Shown here: one piece after another, positions 1 to 8,325 of the stretch
How the letters are laid out: every line of letters starts with the position of its first letter
Position numbering within the stretch: the stretch's first letter is position 1
Source: an uncultured Nitrososphaerota archaeon
GTDB lineage: Archaea; Korarchaeota; Korarchaeia; Korarchaeales; Korarchaeaceae
Assembly: GCA_964480775.1 (NCBI GenBank)
Contig: CAYZRF010000003.1
Span: 78,534 to 110,533, forward strand
Length of the DNA: 32,000 nucleotides
Direction of reading: 5' to 3'
Notes under the pieces: model-generated
The model's input: only the letters and a program-made list of their open reading frames with translations
The model's database searches: none
Told to the model about the DNA's origin: nothing
Made by a program: the position numbers and the translations under genes

Positions 1-671
1 ATAGCAAAGACAGCACCTTTTGGTAGGTAGGGGGTGAGGTTTATGTTCACTAAGTTTATCCCTATCGTACCCAGACCGTACTGTAATAACGTAATTATGA
101 GCCCTGCTAAAGCAGAAATCCCGACTAATTTTGCTTCGCCACCTCCTTTTATGCAAGCATCTATAAGTGATGCAGAAACTGCATAGTTTGGAAATACCAT
201 CTTTTCGCTCTTAACAAACTCACTGCTCAGGAGAACTGCAAATACAAGGCCTAAGGTGGTCGCCATAAGCTCGAGAGAAAACAACATCAAAACGGGCTTT
301 GTCCATACTCCAAAACCCAAGGATGGATCTGTATTTGGAGGATACAGCCAAGATGGAAAAGAAACATCCGAGAAACGCTCTGTTAAGAAAATAGCTAGAC
401 CTAGTATCCAGTGGGCTGCAAGCGTTGAGGTGCTAATAATGTAAGCAATACCTAGCTCTCCCCTAGAACTTCCACCAAGCATTTTGTGAAGCATTGCATA
501 TGAAACGATGATTGTCACTACACCAAATCCAAAACCCATACCGAAATTTATTCCAAGGTAAGCGTTCAATATGGTTGAAAGAACAGCAAAGAAAAGACCT
601 ATAATAACAGCTCTAAGGGTAAACTTTCTTTTTGATCTCAAGATCTTCACCTGTCTTAAGCCAGATCCCAT
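1..671 (-). CDS. OPT-family oligopeptide transporter, N-terminal part (gene runs off the left edge of the window)
   Basis: Not in the supplied ORF track because there is no stop in the window. My own translation from the ATG (complement of 669-671) gives MGSGLRQVKILRSKRKFTLRAVIIGLFFAVLSTILNAYLGINFGMGFGFGVVTIIVSYAMLHK... It stays open to position 1 and has several hydrophobic helices. The TLRA..I.G....NAYLG...G start matches what I recall of OPT superfamily permeases. Confidence 0.6.
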   Translation of the reverse strand, partial: MGSGLRQVKILRSKRKFTLRAVIIGLFFAVLSTILNAYLGINFGMGFGFGVVTIIVSYAMLHKMLGGSSRGELGIAYIISTSTLAAHWILGLAIFLTERFSDVSFPSWLYPPNTDPSLGFGVWTKPVLMLFSLELMATTLGLVFAVLLSSEFVKSEKMVFPNYAVSASLIDACIKGGGEAKLVGISALAGLIITLLQYGLGTIGINLVNINLTPYLPKGAVFA

Positions 672-742
672 ATTTGTCACCAATTTTAATACCTCCGCAC
701 ATGTGTTAATCACAAAATGTTAGTATCCCAAAGGGTAAGCTA

Positions 743-760
743 AAATTACAATTGTAATTT
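743..760. promoter_or_regulatory. 18-bp perfect palindrome AAATTACAATTGTAATTT in the divergent transporter/TetR intergenic region (candidate operator)
   Basis: Read directly: AAATTACAA|TTGTAATTT is its own reverse complement. It lies ~72 nt upstream of the transporter ATG (671) and ~107 nt upstream of the TetR ATG (867). Confidence 0.45.
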
Positions 761-829
761 CTTCTTGTTTTTTCTTACTGCAAAACTACTTCGGTGTGGA
801 TTCTTGGTCGTTTAATCGTTTTCATCAAG

Positions 830-853
830 TTTATATAGACTGACTAGTCAGTC
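830..853 (+). promoter_or_regulatory. TATA box TTTATATA (830-837) abutting a 16-bp perfect palindrome GACTGACTAGTCAGTC (838-853); candidate autoregulated promoter/operator of the TetR operon
   Basis: Read directly. The palindrome covers the expected transcription start zone, about 14-29 nt upstream of the ATG at 867. TetR-family dimers typically bind 15-17 bp palindromes. Confidence 0.55.
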
Positions 854-866
854 AAACTAGAAAATA

Positions 867-1463
867 ATGGTGGAACCTACAAAAAAGAAAATCCTGGACG
901 CAGCCGCAAAGTGCTTTTCGAAGTGGGGATACGCAAAAACTACAATGGATAAGATAGCAGAAGAAGCTGGTGTTAGTAAAGGAACTCTATATTGGTACTT
1001 CAAGAGTAAAGAGGAACTGTTTGTTGAATTAAAAAAGAAATCAATTGCAAAGGTTAGAGATCAATTTGAAAAGCTGTTTTCTCAAAATAAGACGTTTGAT
1101 TTGAAGTTAAAGAAAGCTATAGATTTGTACCTCTCTCCTTTAGTTCCTGAAAAAAGAGAAATTGCAAGGTTAAAGGCAGAATTCTTGGCAGAGGCACCTA
1201 AAATTCCTGAATTGAATAACATGCTGAAGCAACAGTACGAGCTCATTCAAGGACTTATTGCTTCTACAATACAAGAAGCAATTAAGAAGGGGGAATTGAG
1301 AAACGATATTGATCCAAAATCACTTTCAATGATTCTACTTGCTATGCTTGATGGCTTAGAGTTACACTGGGCAATTCTCGAGCTTGATATCGACTGGCAG
1401 AAGGTCAAAGCTATTTTGCTGGACGTTCTAATGGTGGGATTAAAGGCGCAGAGATTGAGGTGA
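867..1463 (+). CDS. TetR/AcrR family transcriptional regulator
   Basis: The N-terminal HTH signature KKILDAAAKCFSKWGYAKTTMDKIAEEAGVSKGTLYWYFKSKEELF is classic TetR_N. An all-helical C-terminal ligand domain follows. Length 198 aa. Confidence 0.9.
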   Translation: MVEPTKKKILDAAAKCFSKWGYAKTTMDKIAEEAGVSKGTLYWYFKSKEELFVELKKKSIAKVRDQFEKLFSQNKTFDLKLKKAIDLYLSPLVPEKREIARLKAEFLAEAPKIPELNNMLKQQYELIQGLIASTIQEAIKKGELRNDIDPKSLSMILLAMLDGLELHWAILELDIDWQKVKAILLDVLMVGLKAQRLR

Positions 1464-1756
1464 ATAAGTTGTCAGTACGTTCGAAGAGAACAAGATACGA
1501 GGTTTATGCAGACCTACTCAACACAATAAGAATGGAGGATAGGTGCACCATAACAAGAGCCTCTTACGGTGCAAGAATCCCTGTTGACAGGGCAAACAGG
1601 TTTTTGCACGAGTTGATGGAAAAGGGATTGGTGAGAGTTGAGGAAGAAGACGGATCGAGAATTTACAGGGTAACAATAAGGGGAATTGAATTTCTTGAAC
1701 TTTTTGAGAGGTTAAAGAAACTGTTGGGGGAGCCCTTAAGTTCCAGAGGGTATTAG
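1460..1756 (+). CDS. small winged-helix DNA-binding protein
   Basis: The GTG start overlaps the TetR TGA stop (GTGA at 1460-1463). The 98-aa product has a wHTH-like pattern (TITRASYGARIPVDRANRFLHELMEKGLVRVEEEDGSRIYRVTIRG) typical of small archaeal winged-helix regulators. Confidence 0.7.
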   Translation: MNKLSVRSKRTRYEVYADLLNTIRMEDRCTITRASYGARIPVDRANRFLHELMEKGLVRVEEEDGSRIYRVTIRGIEFLELFERLKKLLGEPLSSRGY

Positions 1757-2095
1757 TATTCACTCATTTGTGATCACCAAACGTTACTACAACAAGTGAT
1801 CCTCTCTTGTGCGCTTCTTCTATAAGTCGGGAAAAGAAAAAAGGCTTGATGATGAAAATGAAGTTCAGAAATGGGTTTTCCAAGATACCTGTTGAGGCTG
1901 GAATGATTGGGCTCAGGGTAACTAGATCATTGGACACGAAATCGGCTTTGCATGAAATAATAACCATAAACATACTGCTAAATGAGGGCAAGGACTCGAG
2001 TTCAAGCCCATTGAAAGTGTAATTTATCTATGGAATGATAGTCTCAAATTGTGAGTTGAGATAAAAAGCGCGTATGGTGAGGTGGCTTGGTAGGC

Positions 2096-3427
2096 ATGCC
2101 AGATGTAACACGGATAGAGCCTTGGAGCAAAGCGAGACTAGGCGAGGTAAGCGGAAGCCTTCTTATTGGTGAAGGAGCAACTATTCGAGGGGAAGGAGAG
2201 CCACCCAAGGTCAAAGTAGATGGATCCGTGATATGCAAGGGCGATTGTACTTTTCTATGTAGTTTAGAGGCTTTGAAACTTGATGTAAAAAGAGGAGATA
2301 TAAACATTGAGGGTGACCTGAGCGTTGAAACTAGCGTTAGGGTGAAAAGAGGAAGCTTGATGGTAAAAGGCGCCGCTAAGGCCGAAACCTTCGAAATCGA
2401 TAAGAAATTGATTGTTCAAAGAAACCTCGAGGGTGAAGAAATTAGGGTTGGCGGATCGTTAGAAGTCGGTGGAGAGACTAAAGCGGAGACAATCGATGTT
2501 GGAGGGGGGTTCATAGCCAAAGACAAGGTCAAAGCCGAGAAAGTAAAGGTTGGAGGGAAGTTTACTGGAGAAAAGGATGTCGAATTGGAAGAGCTAAATG
2601 TCGGAGGAAAAGCTGTCATCACAGGTGGAAAAATCACTGATATAAATGTCGGAGGGGGATTCGAATCAAAGGGTTCTCTCGTGTTTGAAAATATGGATGT
2701 GGGAGGAGTTGCAAAACTTGGAAAAGGGAGCGCAGGCGGAGAAATAAATGTCGGAGGGGCTCTAAAAGCTGAAGATGGACTGAAGTTCGATAAAATAGAT
2801 GTTGGCGGGCTTGTTTCTATTAAAGGGAGTGCAGAAGGAGGCGAAATCAACGTTGGAGGTGTACTCAAAATCTCTGGCTCCATAAATTTCGATAAGCTTG
2901 ATGTTGGCGGTAAAGCCAGCATTTCAGGCAGAGCACAGGGGGAAGATGTTGAGGTCGGCGGTGCCATAACAGTTGATGAAGACCTTTTACTTACTGGCAG
3001 ACTCGATGTTGGAGGAACATGCAAGGTTAGAGGTCTTCTAAAGGCGGAATCTATGAAGGTTGGTGGAGGAGTTGAGGCAGATCTCATTGAGGTAGAGGAT
3101 CTGATAAAGGTTGGCGGCTATATTAGAACATCAAGGGGCACAAAGGCTAGAGAAGTAAGAATAGGCAAAAGAGGAGAGATAAAAGGTCCTGTTATAGCAG
3201 AAGAAGTCTTGATCGAGGAAAGGGCCAGGGTAGAGGATGTTTATGCCGACGAAATTGTTATGGAAGAAAGATCGAGAGCAAAAAGCCTTCATGGTAGGAG
3301 GATCTACTTGGAGAGGAGGTGTAGAGTTATAGGAGAGGTAGAATACACAGAAAGCCTAGAGAAAGAAGCAGAAGTTGAAATAGGATCAGAGAAAAAGATT
3401 GATGACCTCAGAAAACCTGAAATCTAA
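2096..3427 (+). CDS. bactofilin-like (polymer-forming cytoskeletal, beta-helix) repeat protein with charged C-terminal tail
   Basis: About 15 copies of a [IVK][DNEK]VGG turn motif recur every ~10-20 aa (IDVGGGF, VKVGGKF, LNVGGKA, INVGGGF, MDVGGVA, INVGGAL, IDVGGLV ...), as in bactofilin/DUF583 beta-helices. The ORF track starts at TTG 2087. I prefer ATG 2096, which lies 11 nt after GGTGAGGTGG (2075-2084). Confidence 0.7.
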   Translation: MPDVTRIEPWSKARLGEVSGSLLIGEGATIRGEGEPPKVKVDGSVICKGDCTFLCSLEALKLDVKRGDINIEGDLSVETSVRVKRGSLMVKGAAKAETFEIDKKLIVQRNLEGEEIRVGGSLEVGGETKAETIDVGGGFIAKDKVKAEKVKVGGKFTGEKDVELEELNVGGKAVITGGKITDINVGGGFESKGSLVFENMDVGGVAKLGKGSAGGEINVGGALKAEDGLKFDKIDVGGLVSIKGSAEGGEINVGGVLKISGSINFDKLDVGGKASISGRAQGEDVEVGGAITVDEDLLLTGRLDVGGTCKVRGLLKAESMKVGGGVEADLIEVEDLIKVGGYIRTSRGTKAREVRIGKRGEIKGPVIAEEVLIEERARVEDVYADEIVMEERSRAKSLHGRRIYLERRCRVIGEVEYTESLEKEAEVEIGSEKKIDDLRKPEI

Positions 3428-3430
3428 AGG

Positions 3431-3450
3431 TTTTAGATTTTTTCTTTATT
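3431..3450 (+). terminator. oligo-T tract downstream of the bactofilin-like gene
   Basis: TTTTAGATTTTTTCTTTATT starts 4 nt after the TAA stop (3425-3427). Archaeal RNA polymerase terminates at T-runs. Confidence 0.35.
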
Positions 3451-3781
3451 GCGTAAAAAGGCACAATAAGCTTCTACAAGTTTAAATGTCTTGTTTTTGG
3501 GATGCGAAGTTCTTGTTGATTGAAGAAAGAGATTTTTACAAGTATTGGTCAGTAAGCCGACCGACGATCATCTTTCAATCTCTTCCTGCTGGATTCATCA
3601 TCCCAAACATCTCAATAAGGGATTAGGATCTATATTCTTATCTAAATTTCTGACCCTATCTCTTAAGGCTTTATAGCAACCTGAATAAGCTTTTCTTTTG
3701 GAATTCTAGGATAATCATCTCAAAGAGGGATTAAGATTACTATCAGATCTTTTAAGTAAGGATAAAGCAAAATTAAGAAAG

Positions 3782-4927
3782 ATGAATTCGTTCTCTAAGA
3801 TATTTAAAGGCTGGAAAATGTTCTGTTTTAAATGCGGCCGTACTCAGAAAATAAGCAAGTCATGGAAGTGTGAATGTGGGCATCCTTTATCCCTTACTAT
3901 GGATCTTAAAGGCATTCAAGTAGATCCTTCGGAGCTTAAAAAAAGAACTTCTACTTTGTGGAGGTATAGGGAACTTCTTCCAGTAGCATTTAACAGAGAG
4001 GTATCTCTGGGAGAACCAATTACACCTCTCATCCAACTTGATTTGATGGGTTTAGATTCATGCTTCCTTAAGCTGGAATTCCTATTTCCAACGGGCTCAT
4101 TTAAGGATAGAGGATCCTCAATCATGATATCGGTAGCTAAGATTATGGGAGTTGAGAAAGTAGTAGAAGATTCTTCAGGTAATGCTGGGGCCTCTGTTGC
4201 GGCTTATTCTGCAAAAGCAGGCATTTCTTGCAAAATATTTGTACCTTCTTACGCCTCTGGGTCAAAACTTCTCCAAATAAAAGCTTATGGGGCAGAAGTC
4301 ATTGCAAGAGGTTCAAGGAACGATGCCTCAATTTTTGCGATAAAAGAAGCTGAGAAAGGGATTTTCTACGCGAGCCACGTGTGGAATCCCTTCTTTTTAG
4401 AGGGAACCAAAACTTTTGCATTTGAGATCTGGGATCAAATCGGATTTAAGGAACCAGACGCTCTGATATTGCCCGTTGGTCACGGAACTCTCTTGTTAGG
4501 AGCATACAAGGGATTTTTGGAACTAAAAGAGATAGGTATGATCAATAAGTTGCCTAGGTTATTCGGAATTCAGGCAGAAGGTTTCTCTCCTCTAGTCGAT
4601 AGACTGCACGGACAAACTCAAAGTGAAGGCAGCTCTCACTTAGCTGACGGTATAATGATAAGGGATCCGCCTAGACTAGATGAATTGGTGAATTCCATTC
4701 AAAAGACTAGAGGAGATGCTCTTACTGTTAGAGACGCTGAGATAAAAGAAAATTGGAAGAGATTGGCTAAAAAAGGACTTTTTGTTGAGCCCACTTCTGC
4801 CGTAGCTCTTGCTGGGTTAGAGAAGCTGATAGCCGAAAGACTTATTGATAGGGACGAGTATATAGTTGTTCCTTTAACTGGAAACGGGCTTAAGACTCCT
4901 CATAAGATATCAAAACTAATGATCTAG
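3782..4927 (+). CDS. thrC: threonine synthase (PLP-dependent), short archaeal type with N-terminal Zn-ribbon
   Basis: PLP-lysine motif FPTGSFKDRGSS, the SSGNAGASVAAY loop, and an N-terminal CxxC...CxC ribbon (FKCGRTQKISKSWKCECGHPL). An alternative in-frame ATG at 3818 (MFCFKCG...) is equally plausible. Confidence 0.85.
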   Translation: MNSFSKIFKGWKMFCFKCGRTQKISKSWKCECGHPLSLTMDLKGIQVDPSELKKRTSTLWRYRELLPVAFNREVSLGEPITPLIQLDLMGLDSCFLKLEFLFPTGSFKDRGSSIMISVAKIMGVEKVVEDSSGNAGASVAAYSAKAGISCKIFVPSYASGSKLLQIKAYGAEVIARGSRNDASIFAIKEAEKGIFYASHVWNPFFLEGTKTFAFEIWDQIGFKEPDALILPVGHGTLLLGAYKGFLELKEIGMINKLPRLFGIQAEGFSPLVDRLHGQTQSEGSSHLADGIMIRDPPRLDELVNSIQKTRGDALTVRDAEIKENWKRLAKKGLFVEPTSAVALAGLEKLIAERLIDRDEYIVVPLTGNGLKTPHKISKLMI

Positions 4928-5487
4928 CAATCCTTTGAATTCTAAATAGTTTAGAGGATAGAATCGTAATTCTAAAGCAAGATCTTATAGTTCGAATTTT
5001 CGGCCAAAAAATTGGGCCTTTTTGCTCCCAAAACTGAAGTTCACAGAAGAGGTTTGTTGGAGCTGTATTCTCATATAGTCCCTTAAATTGGGTTTCATTC
5101 ATGGGAAGTACTGTCTTTTTTAATTCTATGTTGGAGAAATTACATTGGAGATAGAAGAAGGCATCTCTGGAATAATAAATAAGAAGACGTTATATGAGCC
5201 GAAAATAAACAATTTCAGACTAAATTTTTGTTCTTGACAATTTGATAATTCTTATTGAGTCGAAAGCCAAAAGATAAGTTTTGCGATTTTCTTTCTGTTT
5301 GAAAGAGTGAAATGTTGGCCTATATACATATGTTAGTCAGGTTAACCCCTGCACCTATTGCTTGGTAACGTTGGAAATCAATAACAAGTTATAATAAACT
5401 GTCAAACTCGATGAAGGGCATCCTAATCGATAAACAGCTTTTTGGTCAAAAGGTAAAGATTAGAAAATAGAAGCTTATAGATGGCCT

Positions 5488-6108
5488 ATGCATACAACCT
5501 TAGAGGGTATACATCCGGTTTCTCTCAATGGTGTTAAGGCATTCCTTCTTACTTGCGGCAATACACTAGTCCTAGTGGACACTGGAGGATCTGAGGAGGA
5601 TGCTGACACCATCCTCAGGTACATCAAGAGCCTGAACAAAAGTCCAAAAGATGTTGAAATGTGTTTGATAACTCATCGTCACAGGGATCACATAGGAGGT
5701 CTCTATAAGCTAAAAAAGGGGTGCGGCTTTCGGGTCGCATCACATGAAGGAGATGCTAGTGCTATTAAGGAAATCACAGGCATTCTCGTTGACGTAATAC
5801 TGGAAGACGGGCAGACCTTGCAATACTGCGGAGGGATAAGGGTAATTCACATTCCAGGTCATACTTCAGGAAATATCTGCTTATTTATAGAGAGTAAGAG
5901 AGCAATAATTGTCGGAGACACCCTCTTTGTATTCAATGGTAAGCTCTCTCCTCCACCAGAGCGTTATTGTGAGGATTATGAAATGGCAAAGAGAGGATTG
6001 AGAAGATTACTGGAGTTAGATTTCGATACCATGCTAGTATCCCACGGAGAAGACTTATGGAGTGGGGCAAAAGCAGAGCTAGCTGGACTCTTAAGAAAGC
6101 TTGAATGA
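5488..6108 (+). CDS. MBL-fold metallo-hydrolase
   Basis: HxHxDH motif (ITHRHRDHIGG), a later HIPGHTSG histidine, and the LVDTG beta-strand motif. Length 206 aa. Confidence 0.85.
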   Translation: MHTTLEGIHPVSLNGVKAFLLTCGNTLVLVDTGGSEEDADTILRYIKSLNKSPKDVEMCLITHRHRDHIGGLYKLKKGCGFRVASHEGDASAIKEITGILVDVILEDGQTLQYCGGIRVIHIPGHTSGNICLFIESKRAIIVGDTLFVFNGKLSPPPERYCEDYEMAKRGLRRLLELDFDTMLVSHGEDLWSGAKAELAGLLRKLE

Positions 6109-6123
6109 TAGGTTCACTCAAGG

Positions 6124-6717
6124 TTATTTCAAAGGAATAGGGTTAGACCAGCTGTTCAGAAATGAAACATCTAAAGCACTAAATCTAGATTCCTTTGGTT
6201 TTTCATCAGCGGAGAACCCAATTGGAAGTATTGCCTCTAATCTAAATTCTTCTGGAGCATTGACTTCATCCAATATACCTGTAGGATTAGAGGGCGTATA
6301 GGTCACCGTGCTAAGTCCAAGTTCCTCCAAAGCGAGCAAGATATACCCTATCGCCAACCAAACAGAGTGGGTTGAGTAAGGTGCTTTCTTTTCAGAAAAG
6401 ACAAGGACTAAGAGAGGGGCCTCTTCTAAAAACGGCTTTTTCCAGCTAAATCCCTTTGAGAGCAACCATCCTCTTAATTCTCCCCTTACTTTTGAGTAAA
6501 ATTCCTTCTCACCATTCTCGCATATCTCCCTTATTCTCCTTTTCTTTTGAGGATCGGTAACTATTACAAACCTCCATGGTTGAGTATTAGCTCCTGAAGG
6601 GGCTTGACAAGCAGCCTCTAGGGCCAACAGAACTTCATTTAAGTTAACTAGGCTTGATGAGAACTTCCTAACTGTTTTTCTTCTCCTAGCAAGCTCTAAT
6701 ATCGAGCTCTTTTGCAT
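6124..6717 (-). CDS. nitroreductase family protein (FMN-dependent)
   Basis: N-terminal RRKTVRKFSS and SGANTQPWRFVIV motifs are characteristic of the nitroreductase fold. Length 197 aa. Confidence 0.85.
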   Translation of the reverse strand: MQKSSILELARRRKTVRKFSSSLVNLNEVLLALEAACQAPSGANTQPWRFVIVTDPQKKRRIREICENGEKEFYSKVRGELRGWLLSKGFSWKKPFLEEAPLLVLVFSEKKAPYSTHSVWLAIGYILLALEELGLSTVTYTPSNPTGILDEVNAPEEFRLEAILPIGFSADEKPKESRFSALDVSFLNSWSNPIPLK

Positions 6718-6833
6718 GAACTACCCCCCTTTGCCCAAGACAAAAAGCCCATTAGTGTTTTGATCTTCTCCTTTAAAATAGGAGGTACAGGGTTAACTAC
6801 TTTATTTATTGAACCTTTTATTGAGAACAGACC

Positions 6834-7985
6834 TTGGCTAAATCCAGAAATCTAACGCTCTTGCTCTCTTTCATCTTACTTCTAGGACTTGTTAGCTTTT
6901 TCTTAACTTTGAGATATGGCCAATCACCGCATTTTAGTGAGGAAATGCCAACAAAAACTCATCTTAACGATAAGATATCTGAAGCTCCAGTATTTCCTCC
7001 TGAACTCAAAGAAATGGCTTTAACTCTTATTCCTACAGAAGAAGAGGTACAAATAGAAATAAAGAGGTTCAAAGAGGCAAGAGGATATGAGCCTGAAGCG
7101 ATCGTTATAGGAATGCCTCCAGCAATTTTTAACAGAGATCAGGTAAGACAGATTTTAGCGAAAGTAGAGGTTTTGTTGGAAAAAGGCTATCAGATAGAAG
7201 TTATATGGAACATCCCAAAATACACTTGTTTATGTTACGCTGACATGCTTGCAGAGGAGATCGAAATGCACTCCATTCCTACAAAAGTATACTCCATCAT
7301 CAGAGAAGAGGAGGCAGAAACATTGGAAATCATAAATACCTTTAAAAGCAGAAACATCTCTATATGGATCAAATCAGCAGAGGGAAGGTCCAAATTCGTT
7401 AAGGTTCCACCCTCACTTGACGAAGAAAAGTTAAGCATCATTTTGAACGCCACCCAGGCATTATATTCTGGTGAAAATCTCTCTATCGTAGTGACTGAGG
7501 GGTGTGGTGAGGGAAACTGGGTCCGAGACAAGATATATCATGGTTGGATCTGCGTTTTCAATCATTGTTTTAATCACAAGTGGTGGTTTTGGAGGGATTG
7601 CTCACTTGGCATCTTATCTGGCTGTAGAGATGAAGGTCCTTCGGAGTTAACAGCCTGTGATATTCATTACATGAGAGAGATGTATTTCTACGGAGATATG
7701 GGCAGAACAAATGGCCTGATAAATTTCCCAGGATGCAAGCCCGCTGAAAATCCAGAAAAATGCAAGGGTAGCTGTGGAGTGATTAACACACTTTGGATGA
7801 GCAACTGTAACCTAACCTTCTCTAAATTGCCGTTAAATGAAGAAATCTACTTCATATACGCATGTTACATACCAACTCACACGAGTAAGGATCCTTTTCC
7901 CTATCTCAGTTATTGTGGATGTTTTGGAAGGTGTCCAGATCCGCAGATCTTCATAATCGACATAAAATATGTTTTCACACCTTAA
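6834..7985 (+). CDS. hypothetical membrane-anchored/secreted protein with Cys/Trp-rich C-terminal domain
   Basis: A long ORF with an N-terminal hydrophobic anchor (LTLLLSFILLLGLVSFFLTL). The last ~160 aa contain 14 Cys and 6 Trp. The start is TTG with no nearby in-frame ATG upstream of the anchor. I recognise no family. Confidence 0.5.
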   Translation: MAKSRNLTLLLSFILLLGLVSFFLTLRYGQSPHFSEEMPTKTHLNDKISEAPVFPPELKEMALTLIPTEEEVQIEIKRFKEARGYEPEAIVIGMPPAIFNRDQVRQILAKVEVLLEKGYQIEVIWNIPKYTCLCYADMLAEEIEMHSIPTKVYSIIREEEAETLEIINTFKSRNISIWIKSAEGRSKFVKVPPSLDEEKLSIILNATQALYSGENLSIVVTEGCGEGNWVRDKIYHGWICVFNHCFNHKWWFWRDCSLGILSGCRDEGPSELTACDIHYMREMYFYGDMGRTNGLINFPGCKPAENPEKCKGSCGVINTLWMSNCNLTFSKLPLNEEIYFIYACYIPTHTSKDPFPYLSYCGCFGRCPDPQIFIIDIKYVFTP

Positions 7986-8082
7986 TTCTAGAAAGAGACT
8001 TTCTTTAATTTCCAGCATATTAATGAATGTAAAACATTCTAAACATATTTGAAAAATAAGAAAAAAGGAGGGGGAGGTCATC

Positions 8083-8325
8083 GGGCCGGAGGATGGCCTT
8101 TAGCCTTCCTTCTTAAGCGATAAAATTAGACGGCTCCCGTAGAAGTTGTAAGAATGCTCGCGCGAACTTAGCTTTTCGCCTAAAAAAGGCGAGCATACGA
8201 ATTTTGTCATTTTTTCTTCCTTAAGATGGATATTTGGCTCTACATTAAGCAGTAGATCGAAAACAAAAGCAGAGAAGGTCGCTAGAAGGAATTTCATGTC
8301 CAGCCTCTCCTCTATCCTCCGGCCC
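8083..8325. repeat. 243-bp cassette bounded by 12-bp perfect inverted repeats (GGGCCGGAGGAT ... ATCCTCCGGCCC); candidate MITE-like element or structured RNA
   Basis: Read directly: 8083-8094 is the exact reverse complement of 8314-8325. Nested complementary segments are TTCCTTCT 8106-8113 / AGAAGGAA 8284-8291 and ATGCTCGC 8153-8160 / GCGAGCAT 8190-8197. The ends are GC-rich in an AT-rich 588-bp intergenic gap. A 65-codon ORF (8100-8297, minus strand) sits exactly inside. Confidence 0.5.

Noticed and set aside
256-444. 62-aa plus-strand ORF
   Set aside because: It is antisense to the much longer open frame of the OPT-type transporter, which has clear TM-helix structure.
1764-2022. Two mutually overlapping small ORFs (75 aa minus strand, 71 aa plus strand) in the 340-bp gap between the wHTH gene and the bactofilin-like gene
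   Set aside because: Neither has a recognisable motif and both begin with TTG in the track. I cannot decide between them from sequence alone, so no gene is called. A GATGATGA at ~1848-1855 looked like a C box, but no properly spaced CTGA D box follows.
2651-2661. GGATTCGAATC, the reverse complement of a tRNA T-loop consensus
   Set aside because: It lies inside the bactofilin-like CDS (coding GGFES) with no flanking acceptor or anticodon stems. No tRNA is supported anywhere in the window.
2416-3087. 223-aa antisense ORF (P/S/T-rich) opposite the bactofilin-like gene
   Set aside because: It is an artefact of the GGN/GTN-rich repeat on the sense strand. Only the sense frame shows a periodic VGG motif.
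3608-3738. Possible degenerate CRISPR array (repeat contains TTAATCCC on the minus strand, reminiscent of crenarchaeal repeats)
   Set aside because: There are only two good copies. Spacing is irregular (49 and 60 nt to a weak middle copy, 109 nt between the good copies). No further units and no cas genes are present. This does not meet array criteria.
5103-5487. 385-bp ORF-free AT-rich gap upstream of the MBL hydrolase gene, inspected for ncRNA, C/D-box or repeats
   Set aside because: I found no convincing stems, box motifs or repeats. It is likely just promoter or spacer DNA.
8083-8325. RNase P RNA or SRP RNA, suggested by the terminal 12-bp helix and a GAGGAGAGGCUGGAC string on the minus strand that loosely resembles CR-I
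   Set aside because: I could not build a P4 pairing or find a CR-V ACAGAA..GGCUUA or CR-IV equivalent. There are no SRP helix-8 motifs. Overall GC content is too low for a thermophile core RNA. It is kept only as an unclassified cassette.
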